Of a stretch of 64,000 bases of DNA, positions 62,501-64,000 are shown in pieces. How positions within the stretch are numbered: position 1 is the stretch's first letter; every line of letters starts with the position of its first letter. The notes beneath the pieces were generated by a model. That model did not search any database. It saw nothing but the letters and a program-made list of their open reading frames with translations, and was not told the origin of the DNA. Both the position numbers and the translations under genes were made by a program. The DNA lies in assembly GCA_040954595.2 (NCBI GenBank), contig CM082590.2, positions 4,588,001-4,652,000 of the forward strand, in the 5' to 3' direction. The DNA comes from Balanoglossus misakiensis. Its lineage: Eukaryota; Animalia; Hemichordata.

Positions 62501-63756
62501 CGAAGAGAATCGCTACCAAATCAGAGTATGCGTTTTAGATGACAGAGAAACCTAATGTCTAGCTATTCATGTTTCAAAAGTCGGTCGAACATTCGAGATA
62601 TTATCGATCGAAAAGTGTCACTCGTCCTGGGGACGTGCGTTACCGACGTAAAATGGCGTTTGGGCGATGTCGCAAATTTCGCCATGAAAGGTATACATAG
62701 GACATACTGTTTTCATGCAAAAAAATCATAGCAAATATAACAGTGATGCACATGAACAACGTCCACCATGACTAGTAGGAGCTGAGCTGAGCTCTCACAT
62801 AGTTTCATTCACATGATATAAAACCCGGCGATCGAACACGGCACTTCCGGTCACCAGATTCGCAATGGTTTTGTATACGGATTTGTTGTATTTTTCACGT
62901 TTTCCGTTTTTTATTCATGATTAATCCAACACTTCTCTAGACACATTCTAAGCAAAAAATAAAATTATTGCTTACCTTTCGATGGCACTCTGCTCCGTAG
63001 AAAGAAGTGTCCCCCCTGTCCCCCCTTTTTGGTAACGCACGTCGCCGGACTCCATGAGAGCGATTGCATACCCTTCCATACACTGTATACGAACGCGTCT
63101 GTTTTGGCTAGCAATGGAGTCGTACGATCGTCTGCCGCGCGCGCTGGGCCGGGCGCGTGCGCGCGTGCGGTTGTAGATTGTTCGCTCGCATATTTTGCAA
63201 GTCCAGCTGTAGCTAGGCTGTTCGTGAGTGTAGTTCTCGTTCACATAAAAAAACACGAAATAATTTATTGTGTGTTCGTTTAGGCCTATGCTAAATTATC
63301 CATACACTTTATTGTTCCATGACGCCCGTGGTAAGAGAGTTTCAGTGGAAACTTCTACAACGCTTATTACCATGTAACAAGTATTTATACTTGTGGAAGT
63401 TAAATGATTCAATGTTCTGTCCTCTTTGTCACCAGATTGACTCTCTGGAACACAGATTTATATATTGTCAAATAGCTGTGAGATGCTGGAAATACGTCAT
63501 CTCTAAATGTTCTGAGTGTAGCGAAATAACACCATCAGACATTATTTTTACAAAAGCTGGCGAGTATGTCAAACCCAAAGAAGAACGTTATGTTTTTCAG
63601 CTTTTAATTCTTCTTGGGAAATGGAGCATCCATAAGTACTGGGTGACCAATGAAAACACACCGATTGAAGTTTTAATCAAAAATGAGTTTATGTTAAGAT
63701 ATAAGATTGAAAAACAACTGGATGTGCATCACTGTTATATTTATATAAACATGTAA
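59584..63756 (+). pseudogene. Tx1-type ORF2 (APE-RT), disrupted
   Basis: TLNVRGL..LQE APE start, with most of the APE absent after ~59775. RT motifs KSPGCDG, WRPVSLLNTDYK, LDYEKAFDSV, GVRQGCPLS, LLADD. Frameshift at ~61445. MITE insertion at 62173. C-terminal CPLC..DSLEH..C. Confidence 0.88.
62173..63330. mobile_element. Non-autonomous DNA transposon with 29-bp TIR CACGGGCGTCATGGAACAATAAAGTGTAT
   Basis: Perfect TIRs 62173-62201 and 63302-63330. Flanks ttaaga / gtaaga. Removal restores ORF2 ETKL-R-EFQWKLL. Confidence 0.88.
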
Positions 63757-64000
63757 TTGAGGTGAAGGTTTAAATAAAAGATAAAAAAAAAAAAAAACAT
63801 AATTAATTCATCAAGCCATCGACCGACCTCATTATGGCAAGTTTCTACGGCAATTTAAGCCTACGTCGCAAAACTTGGATTGAGCATAATGTTTGAATCG
63901 TGAAGTGGTAGCGTAGGTCACACTATACAGGGATTACTCGATATACTCATGTCATCAATGGTGCAATTCTATTGCTGTCATGCCCCGTCAACGCTTTGAT

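Larger units (their letters stand above)
58064..63796 (+). mobile_element. Tx1/L1-clade non-LTR retrotransposon, both ends present, internally damaged
   Basis: 15-bp TSD ACATAATTAATTCAT (58049-58063 and 63797-63811). AATAAA + poly(A). ORF1 with two zinc knuckles; ORF2 with APE, RT and a C-terminal Cys/His motif. Confidence 0.92.

Overview
AT-rich, repeat-dense animal genomic DNA with spliceosomal introns and TTAGGG-type repeats. The transposon repertoire suggests a marine invertebrate (inference). Positions 1-23.2 kb are a diverged multi-kb macro-repeat array folded into an ~18-kb palindrome. Its left arm carries a structurally complete DIRS1-type tyrosine-recombinase retrotransposon (9971-14784: ITRs, ICR, gag, RT/RNase H/methyltransferase, YR, two frameshifts), and the opposite arm preserves the empty site. 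The middle holds nested Crypton-like hairpin elements, Helentron-associated (HINE-like) elements, many TTAA-flanked (Kolobok-like) MITEs, two MITEs stacked at a repeated TTCTACC core, a composite telomeric repeat, and two orphan exons from unrelated genes (ALIX BRO1 and hnRNP A/B M9). The right part has a 5'-truncated LINE, a secreted tandem-domain gene, a 7-exon ankyrin-Roc-COR-death (DAPK1-like Roco) gene on the minus strand, and a TSD-flanked Tx1/L1 retrotransposon interrupted by a CAC-ended MITE. All alignments were made by eye and no database searches were run.
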